Of a DNA stretch of 64,000 nucleotides, positions 14,348 to 28,500 are shown piece by piece. Where the stretch lies: the NCBI GenBank assembly GCA_050084985.1, contig JBITNC010000001.1, positions 134,788,001 through 134,852,000 on the forward strand. Reading direction: 5' to 3'. A program made the position numbers and the translations under genes. Numbering within the stretch: the stretch's first letter is position 1; every line of letters starts with the position of its first letter. Source of the stretch: Nageia nagi. Its lineage: Eukaryota; Plantae; Pinophyta. The notes beneath the pieces are model-generated. The model was not told the origin of the DNA. It saw only the letters and a list, made by a program, of their open reading frames with translations, and searched no databases.

Positions 14348-15399
14348 AGCCATACACCAATAGTCGTAGGGAGCCATCACCCAGACCTTTGCGATCTACC
14401 TTGGCATTGTTGAACTTGCAATAGTCATCATAAAAACTTCTATCAATGTAAGACTGGTCTGATGTGAATCTTGAGTTTTGATCAATTGTTCCAAAATAGT
14501 CGTGGAGGGAAAGATGCAAACATTGGTTGGAAATTATTTGCCAACCAAGTCAAGGTCATTTTTTGTAAATAAGGATCTAATGGGGCTATTTTTGTGATTA
14601 GTGGTTTTGTGAGAGCTATTCTAGTAATTTTCCCTTTATTTAAATGGTTTATTCTTAACTAAAAGATAATTTATGATTCAAATAAATACACACAAAAAAA
14701 TTATTTGTATCAAAACAAATGATATTTAGTAGCACGAATACAAATTTAATTTTTAATGTGAATGTGTGTTTGAATTTCATTCAAGTAATTTATGCTCAAA
14801 CAAGAATTGATTTACAAATTCAACCAATATAATTTATTAAAATAAAAGCAATTTATTATTTGACTTTGACATAATTTCATATATTTTGTAAATAATTTTA
14901 GATTTTGTTATAGTTTAAAAAATATAAATTTTGTTCTAACTTAAATATCTATAAAAATGATTCAAATTTGAACCATGTACAATTATTAAATTTCAAGAAT
15001 TATGTTAAATTTTGAACTCGAACTTCTCCTATGAAATAGAAAATTAGCTTATTGTTTAAACCAATTTTATGTTCATAAAAATTATAATTTAATATTTATA
15101 AAATATAGACATTAATGTTTCACTCAAATGATATTTATTTCATTAATATTATGTGATTTTATGTTCATAAAAGTATAATTTAATGTTTAAAAAATACATA
15201 CATAACTATTTCATTCAAATAACACTATTTTCATTAAAATGATGTGATCACTATTAAGGATAAGAGTTATTGATCGTTATTTTTATTAAATAAATTATTA
15301 GAACTTTAATCCAAAACGAAAAAAATTTGCAAAAAGATAATTAGAGGAATTATTGGAATTGTTGCCAACAATAATTTGAAGCACAAATATTAAATATAT

Positions 15400-17765
15400 T
15401 ATTTAAAAAAATTTATAAAGTACAATTTTTCTTGTAATATAAGAAGGTTACCGTAGAACCAAATGTTATGATCTTTGTAGCAATCTATTCTCCAAAGTTT
15501 GTGATATAATCAAGTGGTGTGGATCATTTTTTATATTGATGGTCAACCTTTTGGAGTTGTCAATATCTATGCTTCCAATCATAGCGGCCATAAGAGCGTG
15601 TTATGATGTTGGCTTGCGTTGTTGCTTCCTTAGATAGTTTGGCTTTTCTATGGTGACTTAACATGATTGAAAAACTTGAAGAGAATATAGGATGTATCCC
15701 AATGTGTTGGTGTGCGGATGAACTGGATGCCTGATTTTTTCTAAAAATTAAGCATGGGCTTGTAGACGCCAATGCATGTCATAATACTAAAAACTTTGCA
15801 GACTTCCTTTGGTTCACTTGGTCTGATTTTCAAACAAGATAAGTCAGAGTGCTTAAGAGATTGGATCAGCCCATGCTTACAAACCATTCCAATTTTGGCT
15901 TCCATAGTGTTACTCAGAAAGCACCTTTGGTCTTTGGCTCTCCAAGCAACATCATTTCAAGCCATATGCCTATCATTTTTAATATTGTGCCTCCCCAGAA
16001 AATCCCTAAAGTCTTCCACTCTCAGTTTTATCTCAATTTCTCTTTTTTACATCACCCTACCACTATAGCTCATATTTGCAAAGTTTGGAAACTTTTCCCA
16101 TGACCATTAAGGAATATTGGTTGGATCGATTGGTGGAATGATGCAATTTTTAGAACCACCATAGTTTTGAGAGTGTTAGGGGTCAAAATCACCAAAATTC
16201 ACAAACATTCTGACAAAACCCTTAGAGGAGAGCTTGCACATACCTCAATCCAACTTGAAGCTAATCCTTTGAGCTTCCCTTTGCAATAGCATGTTGTTGT
16301 TCAACATTAGATAAGGAAGGTAGAGTTCTATGAGGCTAAAGGTGCCCAAATCTGAGCTCGCCTCCATTGGCTCATAATTGCTGATAAAGTTTCTAAAGAA
16401 TTTTTTCAATGTCTTCGTATTGCAAAGTCAGTGGTGCAATTTAAATCCATTATGGATGAAAATACTAAAGTCTCATATCCTCCTAGTACTGCCACAGCTT
16501 TTGTGAACATTATAAGCAAGTTTTTGCTTCTCAAGAGCTTACCTTGGAAAGATAAAATGTCATCTCATAATGTTGCATTATTAATCCAAATAAACTCTCT
16601 CCTCATCAGAGATAAGAGTATGATCGGCCCCTCTACCTAAAGGATGTGAAAGTTGCTCTTTCTTGCATGGAAAATGAAAATGCTCCAAGGTTAGATAACT
16701 TCCCATGTGAATTCTATAAGTAATTATGAGATGTTGTCAATCCTAATCTTCTTTTTGTTTATCAAGAAGATTTCTTGATAGGTTTGTTGAAAGCTATAAT
16801 TAATAGAGGGAATATCAAGTTTATCCGAAATTTAGGATACCGCAAGCTCATTACCAATTGGAGGCCTATTACTTTGCACAATGTCAACCATAAGATAATA
16901 GCTAAAACTTTGGCTTTAATACTTAGGCCTCTTCTTCCCCAAATTGTTCTTCTAGAGAAAACAATATTCAATCAAAGCAAATACATCCTTGATAATGTTA
17001 TTGATGTCTAGGAAGGAATGGAATGAGCCTAAACCACTCAACCAAATGCCCTTTTTGTTATGATAGATTTTGAAATAGCATATGACAAGATTGAATGGCA
17101 TTTCATTCTTGCTATGCTTAAATCCATTAGGTTTGGCCCTATCTTTCTAACCTCAAATCAAATGTTTTTCATATGCTTCAACTATTTTGATGCTTGATGG
17201 AATGCAAACTAGCACGATAGAAATTTATAAGTCTTTCAAACAGGGTTGCTCATTGGCCCCATAGCTATATTTGCTTCTAGTTGAAGCTTTTGGCTATCTT
17301 CTATCAATCAAAGCTTCCCAAAGGTTGGTTCACAAGATTTCTCTTCCTCGAAATCATAGTCAGTTGATTAATGGGCATTTTGTTGATGACTCCTTACATT
17401 AAAACATTTTTGTTATTCAAGCCTTTGCTTGTCTTGACACTTTTTGCAAAGTATCAAGTTCAAGAATTCAATGGAAAAAAACTTCTTATTATAGATAAAC
17501 TTCATCAGATATTCCCAATTGGCTAGCTTCTTTCCAATGGCAATGGATAAAACTTGGAGAAATGTTCAAATTCCTGGGAATCCCATTTGCATTCTAAAGA
17601 ACCCCAATGCAATTATGGAATTATGTTCTACAGAGGGTGGAGAAAAAGTTGCCATACTAGATTTCCAAGAAGTTATCTTTAGCTAGAAAATTCTAAATTT
17701 GCTCAAAAATTCTAGCTTCTACTCATGTTTATTACTCGTCTTGTTGGATTCCTTCCCAAACATGC
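15400..17765 (+). mobile_element. Decayed L1-clade LINE ORF2 (endonuclease + RT)
   Basis: VVNIYA, GDLN, RLD and SSHMPI endonuclease remnants; NWRPITLHNVNHKIIAK, IDFEIAYD, KQGC-LAP and HFVDD RT remnants. Confidence 0.85.
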
Positions 17766-18849
17766 TACTTAAAATGTTTAACCAAAGTTTAAAACTTTAT
17801 CAATCAAAGACATCAAGGCAAGTTCCTCTTTAAAGTTTTGAGTTTTAACATTTTTACCTTTTTAAACAATTAATGTTAAACATCAACAAGTTAAAGCGCT
17901 AAATCCGCTTAAAATCTTTCAAACAAAGTTGTCAAAAATTGTTTATCTAAATTGCAGATGATAAAAAATCATTAGGGTTGAAGTCCGTTGAACGAAAGAT
18001 TAATGGGAGACATGTTTGGAGAGCTTTGTTATCACCCTTTATCCCTTTTTATGTTGGCAGCAGATGAAATGAGGTTTAGTCTAGACTTTTCTATTTTAAA
18101 TGTTACTTTTTTCGTTTTGCTAGCGTAACCGAGTTTTTCAGTCATACTCAATGAGTTTTTAGTGAGTTAATCATCTATTTTTCAGCGAGTTAATTGCCAA
18201 TTTACTCTTGAGTTGACACAAAAGAAAAAACTCACGAGCTAAACATGAGTTGCATGGGAGCTCCAACTCAGCTCGCACTCCATGAATTTCCCGAGCGTTT
18301 GCCACGTCTGACTACTATGGAAAATACCATAAATCTTGTTCAAATCTTATTATCAAAATTACCATGAATAAACTGATCCAACTCAAGATAAGTTTCCTCC
18401 AAATGGGTTCTGAAGTAGAAGATTTGGATGTAATAGTCTTTTAAGCAAACCATGCACCTATTGGTAAGTCATTCACCCTTGGGATTGTCGCATCCCATAA
18501 CCCAGACCATTGGACCTTATACAGCAGGGAGTAGCGTACCAATATGATATGGTGAAGATTAACCACAGCATAGGAAACCATATTCAATCCACGAAACAAA
18601 TTGTAATCCCACTTTGTTCAAATAATTGTAGAACACCACTTTTAAGCTCTTTGATGGTAAGTAGTAAAACCAATGTTATCAAGATCAACTTAAAACTAAT
18701 TTATTATATTGTATAGAAGCAGCAACATCATCTCAGAAGCAATGCGAATAGAACGTGCTAACTGCAGGTGTACTAGTGAAAGGAAAAAAACATACAAGAA
18801 ACAGTTTCATTTCTAATACTATGCATATTTGTGCAAAGTATAGTTATAA

Positions 18850-19640
18850 ATATCATGATTGGTTCAGAAAAGTACTGACATGGGATAACCTCTAAAAAGA
18901 GGTCTCATTGATCCCTCACAATTTGTTCTGTGGGGAGAAAATGAGAAGAATATTGATCACCTTTTCCTGCAGAGTCAGCTAGCATGGAACAATGTAGTTA
19001 ACCAAAGATACAAATTTGATGGTCTCCGAAGCATCTGGGATGAAGGAATGGGTCTGAATTGCTGGTCACTTTGGATTGAAAGAAATAAAAGAATCTTTAA
19101 AGGAAAGACTCATGACATGGATTCTTTTACAGTAAAGATCTGAGTCATGATTCAGGTGAGAATACCATCCTTATTGAAGGCCCTGATCCCAGTTTTTGAA
19201 ACCTCATTAATGGATATGTGGACTAAATATATAAGATGCATAACATTTATGGCGCCAAGACATATAAGGAACAGTCAAAGACAAAATGGTTGCCTCCTAG
19301 AAACAATGAATTATACTTAATTTTGATGGTGCAGCAAAGTGAAACTCTGGTCCAGCTGGGGAAGGTGGCATCATCTGTAACTTCAAATAGCAAACTCAGA
19401 CTTGATAAGGCAACAATTGTAAATATGCTCAAATTTAAAAGACGATAAAACATAGGTCGAGGGAGATTCATTGATAATCATAATATGAAGAAAAAAACAC
19501 AGGGCCCATGGACTGTAGCCCCTCTCATTGAGAACATTCTCAGCTTCCTACCAAATTACAAGTAAATATTTCTGACATCAAAATAGGTGAAAATAACCAG
19601 ATACATGAGCAAATGTGGGTGTTCGTATTAGAGGAACTAG
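18850..19640 (+). mobile_element. Decayed LINE 3' fragment (zf-RVT + RNase H)
   Basis: IDHLFL, WIERNKRIFK, KWLPP and LNFDGAA..GPAG.GGII remnants. Confidence 0.7.
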
Positions 19641-20695
19641 GTTTGTTTTGAAACCACCTTCAAATCACAAAATGCAAACTACAGTAAATAATAACATGGA
19701 AGTGGGCGAACATGAGTAAAACGTGTGAAATTGGTTTAGAAATTATCAAACTCCTCTGGCACAGCCTTGGACATACACTGAATCCCTACTGATCATTACA
19801 AGTGATACTCAACAGCTATCCTGACTAGCTGTTCAAAGTGGTTACTTGCTTTTCGTATATACTAACCCACTCTTTCTTTTCATTTGAAGCAAGCCTTTTC
19901 TCTATGTATACAAAGCCTTTCTGCTATATCCATGGAATGAAGGAAACATTGGAAGTGTCCCTGGTGAAGGAAGCTCTGTTAAGGAAAACTTTGAATGCAG
20001 GGAAAGGGCAAGCATCTGTAGGGTGTTCAACCAAGAAGAGATCCAGGAAGCACTATTTTTTGAGGGAACTTGATGAAACACCCAAGGATGCAACATCTGC
20101 AATTTCCACGAAGTGCAGGATTACATCTCAGTTCTGATGAAAGCTGTAAAATTCATGATCAGAGGCACCGCTGCTATCCTGAACAAAATGAGTATTCATT
20201 ACCGTGAGATCAACTCAATCACACAGGCTCTGAAGCAGGATAGGAAATAACATTGATGGCATGTATCATTCGGCATAACATCTCCAAGCCTGTTCCAGAC
20301 CTATCGCTTTTCTCTCTGAATGTATTTCCAGTAATCCCCATCTCACATAGGAAATAATGAGCCAGGTATAAGTGAGCTATTTTCTGGCTGAATATTAGCA
20401 ATGCCTCTGTAGCAGTGTGTCTTAGGTGTTAGCTTTCTTTATGGTTATGTTGTCATCCTGGAGATGGTGGATATGTAATGAACAGCTGCAGTGAAGGAAT
20501 ATTATGCATATGGCATGTTGATTTTGCTATCAACCCAGGTTCTATTTATCTTTTGGTTGCAAGGAATATGCAGGATGGCACTTTGTCACCTCAAGTTGGC
20601 ACACAGTATTATGAAACTCCATTTGGAAAAACACTTTAGTGTCTTAAATTGATGTTTTTCTTACCACAAGTGTTCAATTAGTGGCAAAGCTTATA

Positions 20696-23600
20696 GTCCC
20701 ACTTGGGGCTCACAGTGGGGTCCATTGACCCATTAAGTCTCCTATCCTAAGTTGCAAACATAAAGAACAATACATAAGAAGATTATATTACAAGTAGATC
20801 CTTTCGGACCCCACAACTAATGACTGGTACACAAGGGGGACGTCACAAAGCCTCCCCTCTCAAGATTGCTTGCCCTCAGGCAATTCAGTGTTAGATGTGC
20901 AAGTATATCAGCTTCCTCCCACGTTGAGTCCTCATCTGGCAGGTCCTTCCATTTGATCAAATACTCTTGAATCTGTTGGGATCTCAACTTCCTGACCCTA
21001 GTATCAAGTACCCTCTCCAGAATTAGAATCAATCGCCCCTCATCGTCAAGCGGGGGTAGGATGGTGGACAAAACATCTTGTTGTCCCATTGCCTTCTTCA
21101 GGAGTGAGACATGGAAACTATTGTGAATCTTACTCTCCTGGGGCAGCTCCAACTCATAGGCAACATCCCCCACCTTGCATAGGATCTTGTATGGGCTGAA
21201 GAATCTTGGTTGTGGCTTCTTTTCCTCGTTTCTCGAGTGATGATTGCTGAAATAGCTGCAACCACAAGTATGCTATATCCCCAACATCGAAGCTCCTCTT
21301 TGTCCTGTTCTGATCATAGAACTTCTTCTACCGGTTCTGGGCCATCTGCAAGTTCTCCTTTAGCATCCTCATGATGTCCTAATACTCTTGCGAGAAATCA
21401 TTAGCCTTGGGTGCCCTTCATCAAAAATCAGATCTATAAAGTTCGGAGGAACATAACCATATAAAGCTTGGAAAGGAGACATCTTAACAGACATGTGATA
21501 AGTGGAATTATAACAATACTCCCCAATGTGGAGCCACTTTACCCATGACTGTTGTTGTCCCATCACATAGTGCCTCAAATATCCCTCCACCCATTTGTTG
21601 ATGATTTTTGTCAGTCCATCTGTCTGTGGGTGGTAACTGGTACTAGGAGTGAGATCCGTCCCACTCAATCGAAACAACTCCAGCCTGAACAAGCTCATGA
21701 ACTTGTTGTCCCAATCACTCACTATCCTCTTAGGTAACCCATGCAACCTGAAGACGTCCCTGAAAAACAAATCAGCTATCTATGCAATCGTATGAGTGGT
21801 AGTGATGGAAAAGAAATGAGCAAACTTGGTGAGTCTATCCACTACCACGAAGATGCTATCTTTGCCTTGGGCCTTAGGGAGGCCGGTGATGAAATACATG
21901 GAGTTACCCTCCAACTTCTGCTGGGGAATAGGAAACGGTTGGAGCAGTCCTCCAAGCTTCGTATGCTCCTGCTTATTCTCCTGACACTACGTACACTCAT
22001 GTACGTGCCTCATGACGTCTTGTTTTAGCCCCTTCAAAGTGAATCTCTCTCTCATCGCGTAATAGGTCTTGGTGATGCTCGGATGTCCTGCTAGAGGGGT
22101 ATTGTGTAGTGCATGCAATACCTTCTTCCTAACCTCAAATTTTAGAGTTAAGAATATCTTGTGCCTCTTCAAGGTCAATCCCTCCTTGACCACATACCTC
22201 TTGTTCTTCACCACTCCACTACGAATATCGGAGGTAAACTCATCCTGAGTGTATTTGGCCATAATCACCTTCTTTCAATCAGCCCTGATAGAGGAGAGAG
22301 AATAGAAAGAGGGATTCCTGGACAAAACATCTGCTGTCGTATATATTCATCTTCCACTTGATATACTGAATCTCAAAGCCAAATGATTGGAGCTTAATCA
22401 CCCACCGTTGTTGTTTCTCACTCAAGTCTGTTTGGATGAGGAAGTACTTCAAGATATTGTGGTCACACTAGATGATAAATGGCCCACAAACCAAGTACCC
22501 TTTGAACCTCTCTAGTGCATGCATAATGGCCAACATCTCCTTGTCATAGACGATGAAATTTTGTTCTATGCTAGACAAATTCCGAATCTCAAATGCAATC
22601 GGCTGCCCATTTTGCATCAATACTACTCCAACGCCCATCTTGGAGGCATCACGCTCCACGCTGAAGGGGGCTAAGAAATCTAGTATAGTTAGACAAGGAC
22701 AAGTACACATGACCCTCTTGAGCCTCTCAAAGGCTTCCTGTGCCTCACTACTCCAAACAAATGCATCCTTCTTTGTTAGCTGCATGAGGGGGGCAGCTAG
22801 GTGGGAGAAACCATAAATGAACCCCCGATAGTAGTTACACAACCCTAAGAACCCTCTCAGCTGCATGAGGGACGTGGGAGCTGGCCATTCCTGGATGACT
22901 ATAATCTTCTGCTCATCAACCCTGACTCCCTAATGGTTGATAATGTGCCCCAGACACAATATCTCAATCATGCCAAACTCACAATTAGACTGCTTGGCAT
23001 AAAACTTTTGCTCCTGTAGTATCCTCAAAACATGGTCCAAGTGGCAGAGGTGTTCCTCTCATTTCCTACTATGCACCAAAATGTCATCAAAGAAGACCAA
23101 CACAAACTTCCGCAACTAATCCCTGAAAACCTGGTTCATGGTTGATTGAAACATGGCTTGTGCATTGGTCAATCCGAACGGCATCACCAGGAATTCGAAA
23201 TGACCATAATGACACTAGAAAGTCGTCTTATGGACATTTTCCATATTGATTTGATGATATATGGATCTCAAGTCAATTTTGGAGAAGTACTTGGCCCTAT
23301 GCAAATCATCGATGAGGCCATCCACCCTAGGAATCGGATGCCTGTTCTTGATGATTTTCTTGTTGAGCAGTCTATAGTCTATGCACATTCTCATCGTCCC
23401 ATCCTTCTTCTTAACTAACACCACTGAAGAAGCAAATGGACTGGAGATAGGCCAAATGAATCCCATTTCTAGCAACTCCTTGATAGTTTTCTCTATTTCA
23501 TCCTTGTACACCTTCGGATTCCTATAAGGGGTAACCATAATCGGTTTAGCTCCCAATTCCAACTCCATCATATGCTCAAACCCTCTGGACGACGGTAAGC

Positions 23601-25501
23601 CTTTAGGATATCACCAAAAACGTCCGGATACTGATACAAGATACATTGGATCTCAAACGGCTTCTCCTTGGCCTCCCTAGTGTGCAACATGGTGCCTCCC
23701 TTAGTTATGGTGAGGATGCAACCCCATTCTACATCTCTTTTCCAAAATATAGCACTCATCTTCTTGGTTGATATCACCTGAGTGACGGCTTCCAATCCGT
23801 CGCTGGTAGCACTAGATCGGAGCTTCAACTTCCTCTCTACTTTCTTCTTCCGATCCAAGGAAGTGTCATCCTCCCTAAATCCCTCAAGTCCAAACATTGG
23901 GGTTTTTACTGGTTCTAACCCTCCAGCATTGGTCTTCTTCCAGGCTACCACTCCATACCCCAACAGGTCCTAATACAACTGGAAGGTGGCACTCTTCGGA
24001 ACTCTTTGGTGGTTCCTTGGTAGATCAAGAGTAAAACCTTAATTTTCGGTGGTGTCTTATGCAGCTTCACAAATTTGGGTTTCCATGTATCTCCTTTCTT
24101 CCATCTCATTTTCTTAGCATGTTGCTCTCCTAAGAACCATATAAGCCTCTCCCTTTCCTTCGAAGGGACTTTCTCATCTTCTAATCTCTGAAGCAATTGG
24201 CGGAAAACTACCTGGCCATACTCAGATTTCCTCAATTTGGCTGTAGATCTAGCTTCCATTCCCTTAGGTGGCAAGATCTTCAGCTCTAATACCACTTGTG
24301 AGGATCCAAATTTATCCATCGCTAAAAAACACTCAATTACAACCCACAAACCCTGACATCAGGCATAGGGAATCCACAACACACAACCAAACCCTCAAGA
24401 GTGCCATGTTATGGTTAGAACATCAACATTATACATTCACAATGCCAAGATGCTAATGTCTAGCTCTAACATACATTATTCAATTAACCATACATCATAA
24501 TTCCATCACATACTAAATACTGGAAGTATATCCAATTGCCCTTGGAAATATATCAATGATATGGGATAGTATATCAATGAGATCCAATTGCCCTTGGAAG
24601 TACATCAATGATATAGGATACAACCAAGCAATACCAAGCCCTAGGGGGCAGTCGTTGGCCTCTTTGGAGCCAACTAGAGCACAATGATGAATATCCTAAA
24701 ATACCACGGAACCATGGGACATATATGCTCCCTCAGACCTCGAATCCTCCCCATCGAAGGGGGCCATCCTTGAACCCTGGAAATCCAACTGAATGATAGA
24801 AGCAAACCCTCGGAATTCCACTAGATGGGCAAAGGTGCTACACCAGTGCCATAGACACACACTATCCCTCAACCTGAATGCCCTCTAGACGTTGCGCCTA
24901 GAATAGGTTGCTTAGAACCGCTAAGACTTGATGTTCGTTGGATGGTAGAAGAGTAATAATAATCAAGTCTATCCAGTAATGAGCCTTTAGTGTCTATTTA
25001 TACCAAATCTCTATCATGGTCCTGTCTAGGAATCACCACTTAACTCTCCTTACACAACATTGGCCTCCTGGTGGCCTGAAATGCCCAACATGGGTGTCTA
25101 AGAGCTATACATGCCAACATGGGATCGAAGTGTGCATTAAGGGGTGCCATGCATGCCCACGTGGGAGAAGGGGGCATACGTGGGATCTAGGAGTCAAGTG
25201 GGACAACGTGGGGGTATGGAACCCTCCCCAAGCCTGGCGCAAGCATACAAGTGACCATCTAATACATAAATGGATCTTGGGATTCCCACAATCTTTATCA
25301 AGATCTCCAAGCATGAAAGATACTCCTAATCTATCCTTAGGATGGAGATGTCCCACTTGGGGCTCATAGTGGGGTCCATTCACCCATTAAGTCTCCTATC
25401 CTAAGTTACAAACATAAAGAACAATACATAAGAAGAGTATATTACAAGTAGATCCTTTCGGACCCCACAACTAATGACTGGTAGACAAGGGGGACGTCAC
25501 A
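20696..25501 (-). mobile_element. Ty3/gypsy chromovirus (RT-RH-INT-chromodomain) without recognisable gag/protease; 3' LTR truncated
   Basis: 5' LTR 25501-24297 (TGTGAC...CTCACA); Met PBS TGGTATTAGAGCT just inside it; RT MCIDYRLLN and FFDD; RH DASKMGVG; INT IVSDWD and YHPQTDG; chromodomain EYLIKWKDLPDEDSTWE; PPT GAGAGGGGAGGCTT at 20848-20861; 3' LTR remnant 20847-20696 nearly identical to 25501-25350. Confidence 0.93.
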
Positions 25502-28500
25502 CATGTTTTGCTGTAATTTGGAGTGTCAAGCTTAGTTTAGTGGCTGTAAAATCGAATTGTTCGACCAGCATGGATTTTGCTTTAATGAATGCTTGGGCTA
25601 GTCCGGATTTGTTTGATTTTCATCTTAGCACTCATTAGCATAGTAATAAACTTACTTTTATTCCATAGTTTTATTTCCAACAAGTTTTGCTTTTGTAGTT
25701 AGTCTATTTGGTCCAATCAAAGGAGTTGGCCTTCTCAGGAGTCTTTTAGAATTATTACTGTGACTTGGACACACGGGCACGTGTATTACCACATCTTAGT
25801 CAACAGTAGCATAATTCTTTTTGGTACACCCGATGCGATGGTCTCCTACCTCGTTTATATTGTGCATGATCTTTGTATCATGATGGCGACTCCACTTGGA
25901 TGAAACCCGATCTTTATTGATAAAGATTTGAAACTAAGAAAATATCCTCCAAGACCCATTTCTTCTAGTTTTGTTGATTATGAGAACAAGGTCTTAGACT
26001 AGGAAAGCCAAAGAATCCTCTAGCGTTGTAAGTCCTCCAAGATCCGTTAGAACTCGCGTTAGAAAATCCAAGTCTCTCACAGACCTGACTCATATTTTGA
26101 TCCCCACTACATTGAATTCGATTTCACCTCCCAAATGAAAGAATAGAATCAACCAACCTATTCAGATGGCTCAGCAAGCTGCACCTCGAGTCTATCCATA
26201 GTGGAATCTTCTGGATCTCTCAATATTGTGAATCCCCACGAGATTCTAGTGCACATGGCTAAAGCTTTGCAACATTGGGATGGTTACAGAAAGACTGCTT
26301 ATGAACACTGTCAAGACATCGCGGAGATGGCGAAGTAGCATAACATAGTTCATGAAGATGTGATGCTCAAATTGCTCGCTATGTCTCTCTCTGGCAAAGT
26401 TTTCGACTGGTACTGAATGCTTCTGGCCAATTCCATATCCACATGGGCTCAACTTGCAGAACCTCTGATTTTGGAGTTTAATAAAGTTGGTGATCCTTAA
26501 TCTTTGTTGTCTCAATTTACTGTCATTCAAAGAGATCCTATGGAGAATATAACAGATTTCAACCTTAGATTTGCTAAATCTTGGGCTAGAATTCCTTTAG
26601 CTATGATACCACACTCTTCCATGACTTTAATGTTTTATCTTAGAGCTTTTAATCTAGATCTAGCTGCTAGGATCCAGATGACTGGTCCTCAACAATTTTC
26701 CAAGATCTATAAAGTTGCCTTACAAGTTGAAGTTGCCCTCATTTCATTAGGGAAATTCCCTTCGAGAGTATTTACGCCTATAGCATATGCACCTTCCTCT
26801 TCTATGCAACCTCCAACATAAAATTATCCTCTCCCACCTGTAGCTCAAGCACCCCAGTTGCAGCTGCCGACATCACAACCTCAACTTGCTTTGTGTGCCT
26901 CGCAACTACATCTTGCCTTGCCTACACATGTTCCTCAATTAGCACTTTCTGCACCTGTCTCCAATAGTAGTGTGCAGCAACAAGAGAACATCAACCAAAT
27001 GAAGATTGTTCAATTGGAATCTTTGGTGAGAACCTTGTCTAACCAAAGGATAGTTGAACAAAGAGCAGCTCAGAGGAGAGATTATTATGATCAAAGGGAT
27101 GATGGAGGACAACAAAGAAGGTATCCCTTACTGGCTAGAGATCAACCACCACAGCAAAGGAACCCCCTCGACCAGACAAACTTTATATGTCCCCAAAGGA
27201 ATATGACCCTCCACCTAATCAAGATTGGTGCAGAGCCTGTAATGATCCTCATGTCCAAAATACTTGTCCCATCTATCAACATCAAATGAGGCTAGTAGCT
27301 AATGGAGGGGTTGATACTGGTTATTATGTAGATGAAGCAGTATCAAAGGCAAATTTTATGATTCTCCCAAAATCTTCCAATAGAGCGGTTGAGACCAAAT
27401 CTACCGCTAGACAGTTCCTACCTCAGATACATATCCAATCTCCCCCAGCTAATTCTAATCAACTACCATCAATCCCACATCCCAAGTTACCATCAAAGAG
27501 GTCTTTGGGCAAATCTGTTGTTTTACGGGAAAAATAAGTTCCAAGAAAACAATCAGTTGATCAACCTTCTGCTTCCTTGGAAATCCAAGAAAGGGAGAAG
27601 GTAGCTAAGAGATTCAAATACTCATCACTAACAAAGGCCCAAAGAGAAGAAGCAACTCAGTCCTACAAAGGAAATATCCGAATGAGAGTTCTTACATTTC
27701 TCCATACAACATCGTGGACGAGCTGAACAGTATTCCATCAAGAGCATCACTCTTTGATGCCTTACGCATTTCCTAACAAATTGACATGTTGAAAGGAGCA
27801 CTCATGATCCACGCCGAAGGAGATGAAAGTTGTAACTGCAATCTGGAACGCTGCTACAAAGTTACAAGGTATGGGTAAGAATAGACCTCCTTTCTACATC
27901 TCCCTTGAGTGTGAAAGATACATTGTACACAATTGTATGATAGACTCAGGGGCAGCCATGATTGTAATGCCAAAGAAGGTATTTGATGTCATAGGATTAA
28001 CCTACACTAGGGATTCTTCTAGAATTTTCCTATAATTATCCAATTGGATGTTACTAATGTCAAAACCATTAGTGTAGTGAAAGATGTCCTAATGAAACTT
28101 CACAAATGTCCAAGAGTCTGTCATCCAAAATGTCATAGTTGTAGACCTTCCTCCTATATTTGGTATGTGCTTGTCAAGAGAATTCACCTTCAAACTAGGA
28201 GGGTAACTAGCTATGGATTATTCCCACATAACCATTCCATTCAAGAATAAAATGTTTAAGGTTGCCAATGAACCTGCTTCTGGATTTCTCACAAAAAAAA
28301 TCCCTCGAGTAAATCTGATAAGTGAACAGGACATCTTAACCAATGCAGTTGAAATGGAATTGGATTCTATAGATATAGTTTCTAAACTCATAATCAAGCA
28401 TATTGAAAGTAAAGGCATGGGAAACTATGTAATTCTTAAAGAGATAACTGATCTTCCGGCCCTTACCCTTCAAGAACTAAGGGAACAAGAGTTATGGAAA

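Larger units (their letters stand above)
10982..14634. mobile_element. Non-autonomous Mutator-like element (MULE)
   Basis: ~125-bp TIRs GGGAAAATTACTAGAATAGC.../...GCTATTCTAGTAATTTTCCC; 9-bp TSD TTTAATTAA (10973-10981) / TTTATTTAA (14635-14643); no transposase seen. Confidence 0.88.

Noticed and set aside
17766-18319. Possible hAT-like element ending GACTACTATG that truncates the LINE
   Set aside because: No convincing matching left TIR or 8-bp TSD found
19838-20401. ORFs of 60-99 aa
   Set aside because: No recognisable motifs, and candidate splice frames hit stops
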